Sequence record: SRR2962707_3481
DNA: 64,000 nt
Direction: 5' to 3' (one strand)
The notes below the pieces were generated by a model that searched no databases, had not been told where the DNA came from, and worked only from the letters and a program-made list of their open reading frames with translations. Below, piece by piece: positions 10,580-21,126 of this stretch (position 1 is the first letter of the stretch; the number at the start of each line of letters is the position of its first letter). Both the position numbers and the translations under genes were made by a program.

Positions 10580-11630
10580 GGAGGTCATAGGAGTCATTGG
10601 TGCCGGGAGTTTTGGTACTGCCATATCCAATATTATCGCGGAGAACAATTCGGATGTGTTGCTCTATGTTCGGGATCCGGAGAAAGCGAAGAGGATCGCG
10701 AAAGAGCGGATCAGCTCAGGGCAGAAGTTATACGATAACATATCCATTACCAATGATCTGAAGGAAGTCGCAGAAACCTGCGAGATCATATTTCCCATGG
10801 TTCCATCCGCCAATTTTCGGGATATGATCATGGATATCACACCGTATTTGCGTCCCTATCACGTATTGATTCACGGGACGAAGGGATTTGATCTTTATGT
10901 GCCAAAAAATGAAAAAATAGGCCCATCCAATCCTTTGACAAGAGAACATGTGAAAACCATTTCTGAGGTCATAAAGGAGGAAACTTCTGTTTTAAGAATC
11001 GGATGCCTTGCAGGACCCAATCTTGCTCGCGAACTGGACCAGCGAAAGCCTGCGGCTACTGTTGTAGCCTCTCACTTTGATGAGGTTATTCGTATTGGCC
11101 AGCGACTGTTGAAGAACGATCGATTCATGATCTATGGCAGCAAGGACCTGATTGGTATTGAGCTGTGTGGTGTACTGAAAAATATCATTGCAGTTGGTGC
11201 AGGAAGTATTGCCGGCATGGATTTAGGTGAGAATGCAAAATCACTTTTCATCAGTCGGGGACTGGTAGAAATGGTATATATAGGAAAAGCTCTTGGAGGT
11301 AACGCACAAGCATTTCTTGGACTAGCTGGCGTGGGTGATTTGATTGCTACATGCACATCAAATCTCAGTAGGAATTTCACAGTAGGTTACCGATTAGCGA
11401 AGGGTGAATCCCTGGACGAAATCATCGAATCCATGGAAGAGGTAGCCGAAGGGGTGAAGACCATCAATATTGTCAAGCAACTGGCTGATTCCTATAAAGT
11501 CAGATGTCCAATAACCGTGACGCTGCATAAAATCATCCATGATGAGATGACCATTCAGGAAGCTCACAGTTACCTGATGAACTTCCCTTTCAGGGCAGAA
11601 ATCGACTTTATTGAAACGGAAAGCAGGTAA
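10551..11630 (+). CDS. gpsA: NAD(P)H-dependent glycerol-3-phosphate dehydrogenase
   Basis: GAGSFGTA Rossmann motif, GPNLARE, LKNIIA, GLAGVGDLIATC, SRN, EGVKT. Confidence 0.96.
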   Translation: MAMVSKSTSKEVIGVIGAGSFGTAISNIIAENNSDVLLYVRDPEKAKRIAKERISSGQKLYDNISITNDLKEVAETCEIIFPMVPSANFRDMIMDITPYLRPYHVLIHGTKGFDLYVPKNEKIGPSNPLTREHVKTISEVIKEETSVLRIGCLAGPNLARELDQRKPAATVVASHFDEVIRIGQRLLKNDRFMIYGSKDLIGIELCGVLKNIIAVGAGSIAGMDLGENAKSLFISRGLVEMVYIGKALGGNAQAFLGLAGVGDLIATCTSNLSRNFTVGYRLAKGESLDEIIESMEEVAEGVKTINIVKQLADSYKVRCPITVTLHKIIHDEMTIQEAHSYLMNFPFRAEIDFIETESR

Positions 11631-11708
11631 ATAACCATTCTTAGAATTAGTTAATTTATTATTGGATTTATTCAATTTTAAAAGTAGCTTAGCGGTAAGA
11701 ACCAGTTA

Positions 11709-12227
11709 ATGAAGCACTCGACTTTATCTACGCTTATTTCGTCCACTCAATTCACGGAATTCTGTGAAATCGCAGAAAACTTTTGTGATTTCATTGAGCG
11801 AGGCATTACGATTTCTTCTCCGGATTACCTTCAGGAGTTGCAAAGCAAGCTTTTATTGATTTACAACAAGGCCATGGATCTACCGTGGGTGGATTTGAAG
11901 ATTGCGGCAAACTTTGAGCAGAAATTGAATAATTCGTATTTCGAGAAGATTTTGAAATCCATTGCTCATAACCTGCAGGACAAGCGATATTACTGGGATG
12001 TATCTAACCCTTCCGGCCGGGCCACCAAGAACCAGGCAATTAGTTGTGACATGGTGGATTGCATCGGCGACATTTATAAGTCGCTTAAATATTCACTCAA
12101 TATTTACAATTCAGACAAGGCAGATAGCAAGGAAGTGGCTATCTGGCAATTCAAATTTGATTTTGAATACCAGTGGAGCTCTAAATGCATCAATGCAATC
12201 AGAGCGATTCACTTTAATCTTCTCTGA
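11709..12227 (+). CDS. DUF5063-like protein
   Basis: Pattern FC.FIE...YYW.V...D...DIY..LK...W.F...W...A.RAIH resembles DUF5063. Confidence 0.65.
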   Translation: MKHSTLSTLISSTQFTEFCEIAENFCDFIERGITISSPDYLQELQSKLLLIYNKAMDLPWVDLKIAANFEQKLNNSYFEKILKSIAHNLQDKRYYWDVSNPSGRATKNQAISCDMVDCIGDIYKSLKYSLNIYNSDKADSKEVAIWQFKFDFEYQWSSKCINAIRAIHFNLL

Positions 12228-12241
12228 AGTTTATTCCTGAA

Positions 12242-12285
12242 GTCATTCCTAACGAAGCTGTCATACTGAGCGAAGCAAAGTATCT
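12242..12285. repeat. Degenerate REP-like repeat remnant
   Basis: Imperfect tandem GTCATTCCTAACGAAGC / GTCATACTGAGCGAAGC (13/17 identical) followed by AAAGTATCT, between convergent genes. Confidence 0.35.
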
Positions 12286-13518
12286 CTAAGCTTTTAAAGC
12301 CCTTACCCGCTCCCTCAAAGGAGGATGTGAATAGTGCACAAATACATAAGCCGGATGTGGAGTCAGGTTCGACAAATGATCTGAACTCATTCTTTTCAGG
12401 CCTGTAATCAGTGGTTCGGCACCATAAGTTTCTCTGGCGTAAGAATCGGCTTCATATTCATTTTTCCTCGAAATGATATTTCCAATGATCCCAAGTACAT
12501 GGGAGATGGGTGAATACAGGATCCCGAAGGCAAGTAGATTCAGGTGTAAAGCTGAAGTCTGACCTCCCATGGCCCAGCTTACTTCTGAATTGTAAGCCAT
12601 TCTGGAGAAAAGAAAGAGCATAAATCCCATCAACGCAATGCTGAATATGGTGCCATAGATGATGTGTTTTTTCTTGAAATGACCTACTTCATGAGCAAAA
12701 ACAGCAGTCAGCTCTTCGATTGTATGTTTCTCAATGAGCGTGTCAAATAATACCACCTTCTTTCGTCGGCCCAACCCGCTGAAGAATGCATTTCCCTTGC
12801 TTGATCGTTTGGAGCCATCCATCACGAAAATATTGGTGAGCGGAAACTTTACCTTATTACTATATTCTGTAATCGACTTCTTCAAATCACCATCTTCCAG
12901 CGGTTTTAGTTTGTTGAAAAGTGGTAGGATCAGCGAGGTGTAAAACAAGTTGGCGAACAGCACAAATCCTGCCATGACGGCCCAAAAATACATCCAGAAA
13001 TCACTCCCAATCGCGTTTACGAAATAGACCAAAACACTGAGCAAAAGACCTCCAATGATTGCTGTAAGAATGTACCCTTTAATCTTATCCAGAATGTAAG
13101 TCTTGATGGTCATTTTGTTGAAACCATAATTCGCCTCGATGACAAAGTTTCGGTAGAGGGCAAAAGGAGTTCCAATGACATCCGAGATGACATAAAGAAT
13201 TCCAAAAAAAATCAATGGTGATACCAGGCTTAATGGAGAAAAGGTTCGGATCCATTGATCCAGGTCACCAAACAATCCAAAATAGATTGCCAGGAACATC
13301 AGGATAAAGCTGAACGAAGCTGAAAATATCCCAAATCTGGAAACCTCATTCTGATAAGCCTGTGATTTAGCGTATTTCTCTTCGTCGTATATCCTCTCTA
13401 ATTCTTTCGGGATAGGCTGCTTCGCACTCTTTCGATTGAGGTATCCTAGTGTTCGTTCCAAAATAAAATCAAAGGTGATGATCCCTAAAAGGATGTAGAA
13501 GATGGTTTGTTCAGTCAT
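12286..13518 (-). CDS. M48 family (Ste24-like) membrane zinc metallopeptidase
   Basis: Multiple TM helices, DGSKRSSKGNAFF, HEVGH zinc motif, EYEAD, HYSHPP. Confidence 0.93.
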   Translation of the reverse strand: MTEQTIFYILLGIITFDFILERTLGYLNRKSAKQPIPKELERIYDEEKYAKSQAYQNEVSRFGIFSASFSFILMFLAIYFGLFGDLDQWIRTFSPLSLVSPLIFFGILYVISDVIGTPFALYRNFVIEANYGFNKMTIKTYILDKIKGYILTAIIGGLLLSVLVYFVNAIGSDFWMYFWAVMAGFVLFANLFYTSLILPLFNKLKPLEDGDLKKSITEYSNKVKFPLTNIFVMDGSKRSSKGNAFFSGLGRRKKVVLFDTLIEKHTIEELTAVFAHEVGHFKKKHIIYGTIFSIALMGFMLFLFSRMAYNSEVSWAMGGQTSALHLNLLAFGILYSPISHVLGIIGNIISRKNEYEADSYARETYGAEPLITGLKRMSSDHLSNLTPHPAYVFVHYSHPPLRERVRALKA

Positions 13519-13558
13519 GGGGTAAAATTACAGCGATTTACCCGTATGATTGGATTGA

Positions 13559-13939
13559 TTAATTTCCAAACAGGCTGAATACAAATTGTTCTTTCATTTG
13601 CTTGAAATGCTTGTCAAATGCAAACAAGGCAAGGTCGTTTTCAATGACTTGTTGGAGAATCAGAAGATCAGGAATACCAACTTTATTTATCCCATTCTGT
13701 AGATTAATCAATTGGTATCTTCTTATCAAATCCCAATCGGTGTTCAAGGGAATGCAATCAAGACTTAACAAGCCTTCGATTACCTGATATTTTTTTTGAA
13801 GAGTTAAAGCGGGGATCAATTCAGTTAAAATGATATCATTAGTTACGCATAAGTCTTCTTCGATCAGAAAATCAAGTTGCTCCAGCGTGCCGGAACGGAA
13901 ATATTCGATCCAAACAGAACTATCAACCAGAACACGCAT
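13559..13939 (-). CDS. vapC: PIN-domain toxin (VapC)
   Basis: VLVDSSVWI, TEL, IPDLLI, FDKHF acidic PIN residues; start overlaps the antitoxin stop (TAATG). Confidence 0.88.
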   Translation of the reverse strand: MRVLVDSSVWIEYFRSGTLEQLDFLIEEDLCVTNDIILTELIPALTLQKKYQVIEGLLSLDCIPLNTDWDLIRRYQLINLQNGINKVGIPDLLILQQVIENDLALFAFDKHFKQMKEQFVFSLFGN

Positions 13940-14130
13940 TACCGATCTCTGAGTGAGTCCAGATCAATATTAAGGTCGATCTTTCCCTTGAAGGAGATCA
14001 ATCGTTTTCTTTTCACTCGCTTGATCTGATCTTCAAGTGCAGTCTTGATCAAGGCACTTTTAGTTTTTGCTCCGGTAACCTTCATAGCCTCATTGATTAA
14101 TTCTTCAGGTAGATCGAGGGTGGTTCTCAT
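13939..14130 (-). CDS. vapB: VapB-type antitoxin (DUF2191/RHH-like)
   Basis: MRTTLDLPEELINEAMKVTGAKTKSALIKTAL...LDSLR, 63 aa, directly upstream of the PIN gene. Confidence 0.88.
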   Translation of the reverse strand: MRTTLDLPEELINEAMKVTGAKTKSALIKTALEDQIKRVKRKRLISFKGKIDLNIDLDSLRDR

Positions 14131-14133
14131 AAT

Positions 14134-14157
14134 TATTTATGCATCAATGCATAAATA
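14134..14157. promoter_or_regulatory. Putative VapBC autorepression operator
   Basis: Perfect inverted repeat TATTTATGCAT-CA-ATGCATAAATA 4 nt upstream of the vapB ATG, with an extra half-site ACGCATAAAT at 14159-14168. Confidence 0.65.
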
Positions 14158-14196
14158 TACGCATAAATCAGGAGAGTGTTTGGATAAGAGGATGTT

Positions 14197-15225
14197 CTAA
14201 AAAATAAACGGAATAGGGCACTTCAATCTCCGCACATCTGCTGCGGGCTTCAAAGGATCGCCCAGGCTAAAGGAGTAGGCGATGCTGATTTCGTGTGCTC
14301 CCCCGGTACCAATTCCCAGATCGGAAAGCGTATAGTCAAAGCTGTAACCAAAAGTGGTTCGCTTGCTTTGCAATCCGACCATGAAGATCAATGATTCGCT
14401 ATTAGTCACTCCCTGGGTTGATTTGATAGGCAATCCTCTGTACCAAAGTCCAACAAGGATGGGGTCAATGGTGAAGTATGCCCCAAGGTCCAACTGATCA
14501 AAATCTCCCTGAGCACGATAGCTGAAGGTGGGAGTGATACTTCGCTCACCAATATTGGTTTTGGTCGACGTTGGGTTGAGCGGAATTCTGTACCCGCCAT
14601 GAATGGAGATTCTTCGTGGAAGTGGCGCATTTCCATCGGTAATGCTTTGGTTAGGCTCAGTGATGTGGTGCACTGCCCCACCGATCCAAATGGAAGGATT
14701 GTAGAGAATTCCACCGAAGGAGAGATCGAAGAATTGAGCGTTCAAGCCGGTATTAAATATTTCTCCGGTTGTTGGGTTAATCAATCCTGTATTGTCAAAC
14801 TGGTCGCCAAACGTAAGCTTGTCGAAGTTCAAATCGCGAATGTAGTAAGCTGCTTGTATGCCTGGTCGGAATGTCCAGTTGTAGTTAATCTGTACCTGGT
14901 AAGCATACTGAAGTCCGATTGAAGTTGATTGTAATCCGGCGATTCCTTCCTTGTCTTTTGTGAAAATCACACCAACACTGCTGAAGTAATCTTCGAAGTG
15001 GTAATCAAAATATGCAGAAAATGTCTCGAAGTTGGCATCCAGATTAGGCCATTGAGACCTATAGTTGATGCCCATGCGACCTTTTTGATTGATTCCTACC
15101 AATCCAGGGTTCAGATACAAAGGCGCTGCATAGTATTGCGAAAACTGAGGGTCTTGCGCTTGTAAAGTGTTTTCTTGTCCAAGAGCACCAATCAAAACCA
15201 ACAAAAGAAATACCTTCCTAACCAT
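14197..15225 (-). CDS. PorP/SprF family type IX secretion system membrane protein
   Basis: AQDPQFSQYYAAPLYLNPG, NYRSQW, GYSFDYT.S.L...GGAHEI. Likely start ATG 15225; the ORF track uses TTG 15264. Confidence 0.92.
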   Translation of the reverse strand: MVRKVFLLLVLIGALGQENTLQAQDPQFSQYYAAPLYLNPGLVGINQKGRMGINYRSQWPNLDANFETFSAYFDYHFEDYFSSVGVIFTKDKEGIAGLQSTSIGLQYAYQVQINYNWTFRPGIQAAYYIRDLNFDKLTFGDQFDNTGLINPTTGEIFNTGLNAQFFDLSFGGILYNPSIWIGGAVHHITEPNQSITDGNAPLPRRISIHGGYRIPLNPTSTKTNIGERSITPTFSYRAQGDFDQLDLGAYFTIDPILVGLWYRGLPIKSTQGVTNSESLIFMVGLQSKRTTFGYSFDYTLSDLGIGTGGAHEISIAYSFSLGDPLKPAADVRRLKCPIPFIF

Positions 15226-15380
15226 GGAAAATTTTTGATTAAAATCGTTGAGCAAATTATACAATTAATCCAAATCAGATTAGTTTTTTGTTCAATAACA
15301 TACGTAATGTAACGACAAGAGTGACGTTAGTATTTTAACCGTATTTTTACACAGTGTTGTGCATGATGAAGGACATTTTT

Positions 15381-18300
15381 ATGATTCATATCCCTTACTC
15401 TACTGCCATTCGCAGTGCTCTTGCTATCGTTCTGATATCTTTTTTGATGGTGGATTCAGACGCTCAGAATGTGACAGATACCCGATGGTATTTTGGTAAT
15501 TCGGCAGAAAACTTGGTGTTTGATCGAAATGGAAGGGATGTATACCTACAGACTGACCAAGCTACACCTTTTGGGAGTGCAGGCTCGGTTACCATCACCG
15601 ATCAATTCACAGGCAACTTGCTGTTCTATACAGATGGAGTTGATGTATATGATGCTTCTCATACTTTGGTTCCATCTAATGCTGGACTGAATGCCAATCC
15701 TGGAATCAACGTACCTGTAGTCACTTGTCCGGTTACTGATAGTCCGGGACAATACTATTTATTTACCAATTCCGGTACTACCGGACCAAATGAGATCCAA
15801 TTTTCTATTGTGGATGCCACAGTTGTCGGAAATGGATCCGCACAATTTCCATATGGAGATTTAACCTCAACCAATGCAGCAACCGGCCTTGTGAATCCAT
15901 CCGAGGGTATGATGATCATCCCGGCAGGAGATGGTCAGCTTTTCTGGCTGGTATCTCAAAACCGCACGACATTTGAAATTCAGGTTACACAGGTCGACAA
16001 TGGTGGAGTTGGAGCAACAACCTCCTATGATTTTACGGGTGGAGCAGTGCCTGGATTTGAAGCTGCACACTTCGCATTCAATGAAGATTCATTGCAATTG
16101 GTCATGGCGCCAAAAACAGCCAATCGAAATATTTGGCTGATGGATTTTGATCCTGCAAGTGGCACCTTGGCGTATGATACCACTCTTATCGGGACAGGAT
16201 TCAATGATGGTACGGGTGAATCAATCTATGATGTCGAATGGTCTCCGGACGGTTCGAAGCTTTATCTATCCAGATTTGGTGGAGGAGCTACTGTTGGGCA
16301 GGTATATCAGGTAGATTTCAATGACTCAACCCGGACTGTTAATCCCATACTTCCTGCTACTGTTTTTAGAAGTTATGGCCTGAAACGTGCAGTAGATAAT
16401 CGAATCTATCATTTGTATCAGGAGGTGGATGCCACTTCGCCATTTACCATTGGCAGGATTAATCGACCGGACAGTCTACCGGATTCTGTCAATTATCAGA
16501 CGTTGGTTCTACCTGATGATTTCAATAGTACCCAATTTCCGGAATTTACTCCGGCATATGACTTCATGTTCGATACATTGGATTTTTACTGGATCGACAG
16601 CTGTGAAACCAACGTGACTAAGTTTTTTCCGATTGTGGAACCGGTCCCAAACAACCTTACCTGGGATTTCGGAGATGGTGGCGGTACCAACTTCTGGATA
16701 CCCAACTACACCTACCAGGCTGCCGGAGGATATACGGTGAGTTTAACAGCTGAGGTAAATGGAATCAGAAAGACCATTTCCCAGCCGGTAGAGATTTTCA
16801 CAAACTCGCTAATGGTGGATCTGGGTAATGACACAACGATTTGTGTGGATGATATTTTGGTTCTTGATGCCGGTACTGGAACTTCATTTGTTTGGAGTAC
16901 CGGAGAAACATCACAAACCATTGCTGTAGATACGACTGGCACCTATTGGGTGGAAGTGACAGATGCTTCAGGGTGTACTGATTTTGATGAAATCGAAGTA
17001 CTTGAATACGGTGTAACCGAGCAGATTTACAATCAATGGTATTTTGGAGAACAAGCTGGCATTGATTTTAACAACGGGTCCATTGCCATTTTGGATGGAA
17101 ACAATCAGGATGCCCAGGAAGGCTGTGCGACTATCTCGGATGTGAACGGAGATTTACTGTTTTATACCAATGGAGTAACAGTATGGAATAAAGATCATGA
17201 AGTCATGCTCAATGGCGATTCCATTGGTGGGGATCAGCAATCAGCGCAAAATTCATTGATCATGCCATTCGGTGGAGATCAGACTATGTTTTACATCTTC
17301 ACCACGGAGCGAGTATATGGGGATGACGAATATGCCCTTAAGTATGCCATTGTAGACATGAAAAAGGATGCTGCTCTTGGTGAAGTCGTGGTGAAAAATA
17401 TCCGGTTAATGGATAACAGTACCGAGCGGATCACAGGATCAGGGTTTACGGGCAATGACTTAATTATGGCACATGAATTTGGCAACAACATGTTCCGGTC
17501 ATACCGGACCAGCGCGAATGGATTAACAGGAGCTGTCTTTTCCCCAGCCGGGGAAATCCATGATTTCATGAACGAGCTAAGTGCTACTGGTTACATGAAG
17601 ATATCTCCTACACTTGCTCAGATAGCTGTGAATATTCCGGGAACCAATCAGGTTGAAATTCTAGACTTCAATCAGGGTCGTGTTTCAAATCCGAGATTGA
17701 TCAATACTGGCGAGACCAACCTCTATGGCATGGAATTCTCTCCAGCGGGAACCAAGTTGTATTTAACAACCTCTACGAAGCTTATACAATATGATCTGGA
17801 TAGTTTGAATTCTGCCAACCCTGCTACTGATATTGAGGCAACAAAATTTGATGGTTATACCCAGGGAACGGGCTATGGTGCCTTGCAGCTTGGTCCGGAT
17901 GGGACCATTTATATGGCTGTAGACAATTCAGGAACCATCGGCAGTATGACCGCACCAGAAGGCGATGATGCTGGAAATGGATTTGATCCGGCGGGATTTG
18001 ATCTGCAGGGAAGAACGAGTCGCTTGGGGCTTCCAAATTTTGCACAGATTGAAAACTCCCCATTCCAGGAGCCAAGCATGACGGTGACTGCAGGGTGTGC
18101 TGGACAGCCATCTAATTTTACGGCAGTGGGACGTGATCCTAACAACGTAATCGAAAACTACTTGTGGATCTTTGGTGATGGAACATCTGCGCCTGTGCAG
18201 GATACCACTCACGTCTATAATAATCCTGGCACATACACGGTGCAGTTGGTCTTGAGCAATCGCTGTGATGTGGATACTACTATGACCACTACGATTACCA

Positions 18301-20522
18301 TCAATAATATTCCGGAAAGTCCAACAGTACCTACCGATACGACTCTTTGTGATTTGCCTATTACACTTACAGCATGGCCGGTTGATAATCCTGATTTTAC
18401 CTATTACTGGTCGACAGGAGAAAGCACCAGGCAGATATCTGTTTCAAGTCCGGGTATAATAGATGTGGCCATTATCAACACGCTCACTGGATGTTCTTCG
18501 GATACGATACGTGTATTTATGGCGGATGCCAGACCAGCGGTAGATCTGGGTGGAGATCGTACCATATGTCAAAATGATCCGACACAAACCCTGGATGCAC
18601 AAGTGGTAAATGCCACATACGCCTGGTCGATAGATGGGGTACTGATGGGTACAAACCGCACCTTTGATCTGGATACTGCCACAGCCGGCACATTCGAATA
18701 CACTGTTTTGGTAACTAATTCACTTGGCTGTATCGGTCGGGATACCATTCAGGTGACCGTATTGGAGCAACCCGACATATTGATAGCCACAACCAATGGT
18801 ACATGTGGACTTGATGATGGAGTAATTGATATTACATTCAACGATAATAACAGCTATTCTTATCAGCTTTCGGGACCTACACCATTTGGTCCAGCCAACT
18901 TCGACGGACCCGGAGTAGTGAATATACCTGCGCTTGGTTCTGGTAATTACACGTTAGTTACAACCAACCTGGTTTCGGGGTGCTCGAGAATTGATGTCGT
19001 TCAGATTGAAGACATTGGAGGTTTTGGATTGGATGTCACCTCAACTGGGATATGCGATGGATTGGTTGAACTGACCATTACGGGTACCACCCCAACTTTG
19101 CCTGCAAACTATGACTATGTGGTTCAGGATGATCAGGGTAATACAATTTCAACCGGGAGCGGTTTTTCAGTTGACCCGTTGGTGATCTCAGGTTTGGACC
19201 CGGGAACATACAATGTTCAGGTGTCTGACAACAATGCTCCCAATTGCATTGAGACCGAGCAAGAAGTCATAGTTCAGGGTAATGAACCTGCCTTCACCTT
19301 TGACGCGATTCAAGAATTTTGCTCAACAACAGGTTTTGTGACTGTGACAGATGCCGGGTCTACTCCCGGAGTAACTTATACCTGGACTACCGCTGATGGT
19401 AACATCATTACTACCCCGGCAACCGGAACTTCTGTGGAAGTTGATCAGAGTGGGACCTATACGGTGACTGCCTCTGCTGCAGGATTCTGTGATCGAGTGG
19501 AGGACATTCAAGTCATTTTCAATACCGCGCCAGCTGTAACGATTACTACCTCAGGTGATCCATGTGAAGGGCAGGTGACCATGACAGCAAATGTCACCGG
19601 TGGAAGTGGTTCTTATCTTTTTAGTTGGAATGATGGTTCTCAGTCAGGTCAGCATACAGTGACTACCTCCGGTGTTTACTTTGTGGTAGTTACAGATCAA
19701 CTGACTGGTTGTGTGACCACATCCAGCGATACTAACATTACCATTGAAGCACAGTTTGAAGTGACACTTGCCATAGATCCCGATTGTTCCAATAATGGTC
19801 AGGTTTTCGTTATTGCCACGACCAATTACTTTGATCCTTCCATTACGTATGCATGGCAGGATGGTAACGGCACGGTACTAGCTGAAACGGATTCAATCCT
19901 GACTGTGACACAATCCGATCGGTATACCGTCATTGCAACGAATGAAACAGGAACTTGTATGGTCAGTGATTTTATAGATGTGGCAGTCGTACCGATTAAT
20001 CCAGAAGATCTCCTTTTACCGGAAGTAGCTACTTTCTGTTCCGCTAATCCTTCAGGTCCTACGGTTACATTGGATCCGGGTATTTTTAACACCTATGAAT
20101 GGAATTTAGAAGGAGACCCTACCATTATCTCAACGAATCAGACCATCACTGTCTCAACCGAAGGCACCTATGTTGTCACACTTTACAATGGGTTTACCTG
20201 TATCACAGATCGGGTGGTAGTGCGTGAAGACTGTCGACCAATTATCTATGCGCCAAATGCATTTTCCCCAAATGGCAATGGAGTAAACGAGGAATTCTTT
20301 GTTTTTCCTAATGATTATGTGGATGCATTTGAGATACTCATTTACACTCGCTGGGGAGAATTGGTGTACACATCTAAAAATCAGGATTTCAGGTGGGATG
20401 GCATCTACAAAGGACAGCTTTTACCACCAGGTACGTATGCTTATATAATGAAATTTTCCAGTTCCTTAGAACCGGAGTTAGGAACTATCGAACAATATGG
20501 CTCTGTTACGCTTATCAGATAA
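15381..20522 (+). CDS. Large T9SS type-B CTD (gliding-motility-associated CTD) surface protein with two propeller+PKD modules and SprB-like repeats
   Basis: C-terminal APNAFSPNGNGVNE...WGELVY...WDG...GTYAY...GSVTLIR; PKD motifs WDFGDG / WIFGDG; signal peptide ..DSDA-Q. Start uncertain (15354-15381). Confidence 0.9.
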   Translation: MIHIPYSTAIRSALAIVLISFLMVDSDAQNVTDTRWYFGNSAENLVFDRNGRDVYLQTDQATPFGSAGSVTITDQFTGNLLFYTDGVDVYDASHTLVPSNAGLNANPGINVPVVTCPVTDSPGQYYLFTNSGTTGPNEIQFSIVDATVVGNGSAQFPYGDLTSTNAATGLVNPSEGMMIIPAGDGQLFWLVSQNRTTFEIQVTQVDNGGVGATTSYDFTGGAVPGFEAAHFAFNEDSLQLVMAPKTANRNIWLMDFDPASGTLAYDTTLIGTGFNDGTGESIYDVEWSPDGSKLYLSRFGGGATVGQVYQVDFNDSTRTVNPILPATVFRSYGLKRAVDNRIYHLYQEVDATSPFTIGRINRPDSLPDSVNYQTLVLPDDFNSTQFPEFTPAYDFMFDTLDFYWIDSCETNVTKFFPIVEPVPNNLTWDFGDGGGTNFWIPNYTYQAAGGYTVSLTAEVNGIRKTISQPVEIFTNSLMVDLGNDTTICVDDILVLDAGTGTSFVWSTGETSQTIAVDTTGTYWVEVTDASGCTDFDEIEVLEYGVTEQIYNQWYFGEQAGIDFNNGSIAILDGNNQDAQEGCATISDVNGDLLFYTNGVTVWNKDHEVMLNGDSIGGDQQSAQNSLIMPFGGDQTMFYIFTTERVYGDDEYALKYAIVDMKKDAALGEVVVKNIRLMDNSTERITGSGFTGNDLIMAHEFGNNMFRSYRTSANGLTGAVFSPAGEIHDFMNELSATGYMKISPTLAQIAVNIPGTNQVEILDFNQGRVSNPRLINTGETNLYGMEFSPAGTKLYLTTSTKLIQYDLDSLNSANPATDIEATKFDGYTQGTGYGALQLGPDGTIYMAVDNSGTIGSMTAPEGDDAGNGFDPAGFDLQGRTSRLGLPNFAQIENSPFQEPSMTVTAGCAGQPSNFTAVGRDPNNVIENYLWIFGDGTSAPVQDTTHVYNNPGTYTVQLVLSNRCDVDTTMTTTITINNIPESPTVPTDTTLCDLPITLTAWPVDNPDFTYYWSTGESTRQISVSSPGIIDVAIINTLTGCSSDTIRVFMADARPAVDLGGDRTICQNDPTQTLDAQVVNATYAWSIDGVLMGTNRTFDLDTATAGTFEYTVLVTNSLGCIGRDTIQVTVLEQPDILIATTNGTCGLDDGVIDITFNDNNSYSYQLSGPTPFGPANFDGPGVVNIPALGSGNYTLVTTNLVSGCSRIDVVQIEDIGGFGLDVTSTGICDGLVELTITGTTPTLPANYDYVVQDDQGNTISTGSGFSVDPLVISGLDPGTYNVQVSDNNAPNCIETEQEVIVQGNEPAFTFDAIQEFCSTTGFVTVTDAGSTPGVTYTWTTADGNIITTPATGTSVEVDQSGTYTVTASAAGFCDRVEDIQVIFNTAPAVTITTSGDPCEGQVTMTANVTGGSGSYLFSWNDGSQSGQHTVTTSGVYFVVVTDQLTGCVTTSSDTNITIEAQFEVTLAIDPDCSNNGQVFVIATTNYFDPSITYAWQDGNGTVLAETDSILTVTQSDRYTVIATNETGTCMVSDFIDVAVVPINPEDLLLPEVATFCSANPSGPTVTLDPGIFNTYEWNLEGDPTIISTNQTITVSTEGTYVVTLYNGFTCITDRVVVREDCRPIIYAPNAFSPNGNGVNEEFFVFPNDYVDAFEILIYTRWGELVYTSKNQDFRWDGIYKGQLLPPGTYAYIMKFSSSLEPELGTIEQYGSVTLIR

Positions 20523-21115
20523 TGAATTACTTTGATCAAATATATTCCCGTCTTTTCGGCAAGAGCAAAGAGTCTACCACAGTCATGGTGAATGAAATCT
20601 TGCAGAGAAGTCAAAATTTCTTGAACAGATTTGATGCATGGAAGACTTCTGAAAAGTGTGAGGAATTCCTGAATGAATTATGGCAATCATACTTCTGGCG
20701 TAAGAAGGGTGTAGAGAAAAACCCACCGATGGTGTTGCATGAATCCAACTACAGTAATGGATTCGCTATCGGATATCTTCCTGAGTATGGAAAGAAAGAT
20801 TTTCAATTCCTATTTGATTACCTCGCACACCAGGTCAAGAAATTGGATTACAGGCTAGTGTTGAGCCGTCAGACCATGAAAGAAACAGGGGATGTAGTGG
20901 AGCGAAAGGAGATGCATTATTTAAAACCTAAAAGAGGATTTGTAGAACCAATAGATCAGAAGTATGGGAATGTTCAGATCGAATACATTGAACTAAATAA
21001 TGAACCTGCGCGCATCAAATTCATAGCAAATTCGTATCCTGACAGAAAATACATGGAAGCACAAAATTTTGAAACTTTGGCACAACATGTGTTTACATTA
21101 GAATCAGAATCATAA
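20522..21115 (+). CDS. Hypothetical protein (197 aa)
   Basis: ATG overlaps the preceding TAA (TAATG), consistent with translational coupling; the ORF-track start at 20393 lies inside the upstream gene. Confidence 0.75.
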   Translation: MNYFDQIYSRLFGKSKESTTVMVNEILQRSQNFLNRFDAWKTSEKCEEFLNELWQSYFWRKKGVEKNPPMVLHESNYSNGFAIGYLPEYGKKDFQFLFDYLAHQVKKLDYRLVLSRQTMKETGDVVERKEMHYLKPKRGFVEPIDQKYGNVQIEYIELNNEPARIKFIANSYPDRKYMEAQNFETLAQHVFTLESES

Positions 21116-21126
21116 CATTAAAAATC

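Noticed and set aside
20393-20521. Longer N-terminus for the hypothetical gene ending at 21115
   Set aside because: Overlaps the adhesin CTD; the TAATG-coupled ATG at 20522 is more plausible.
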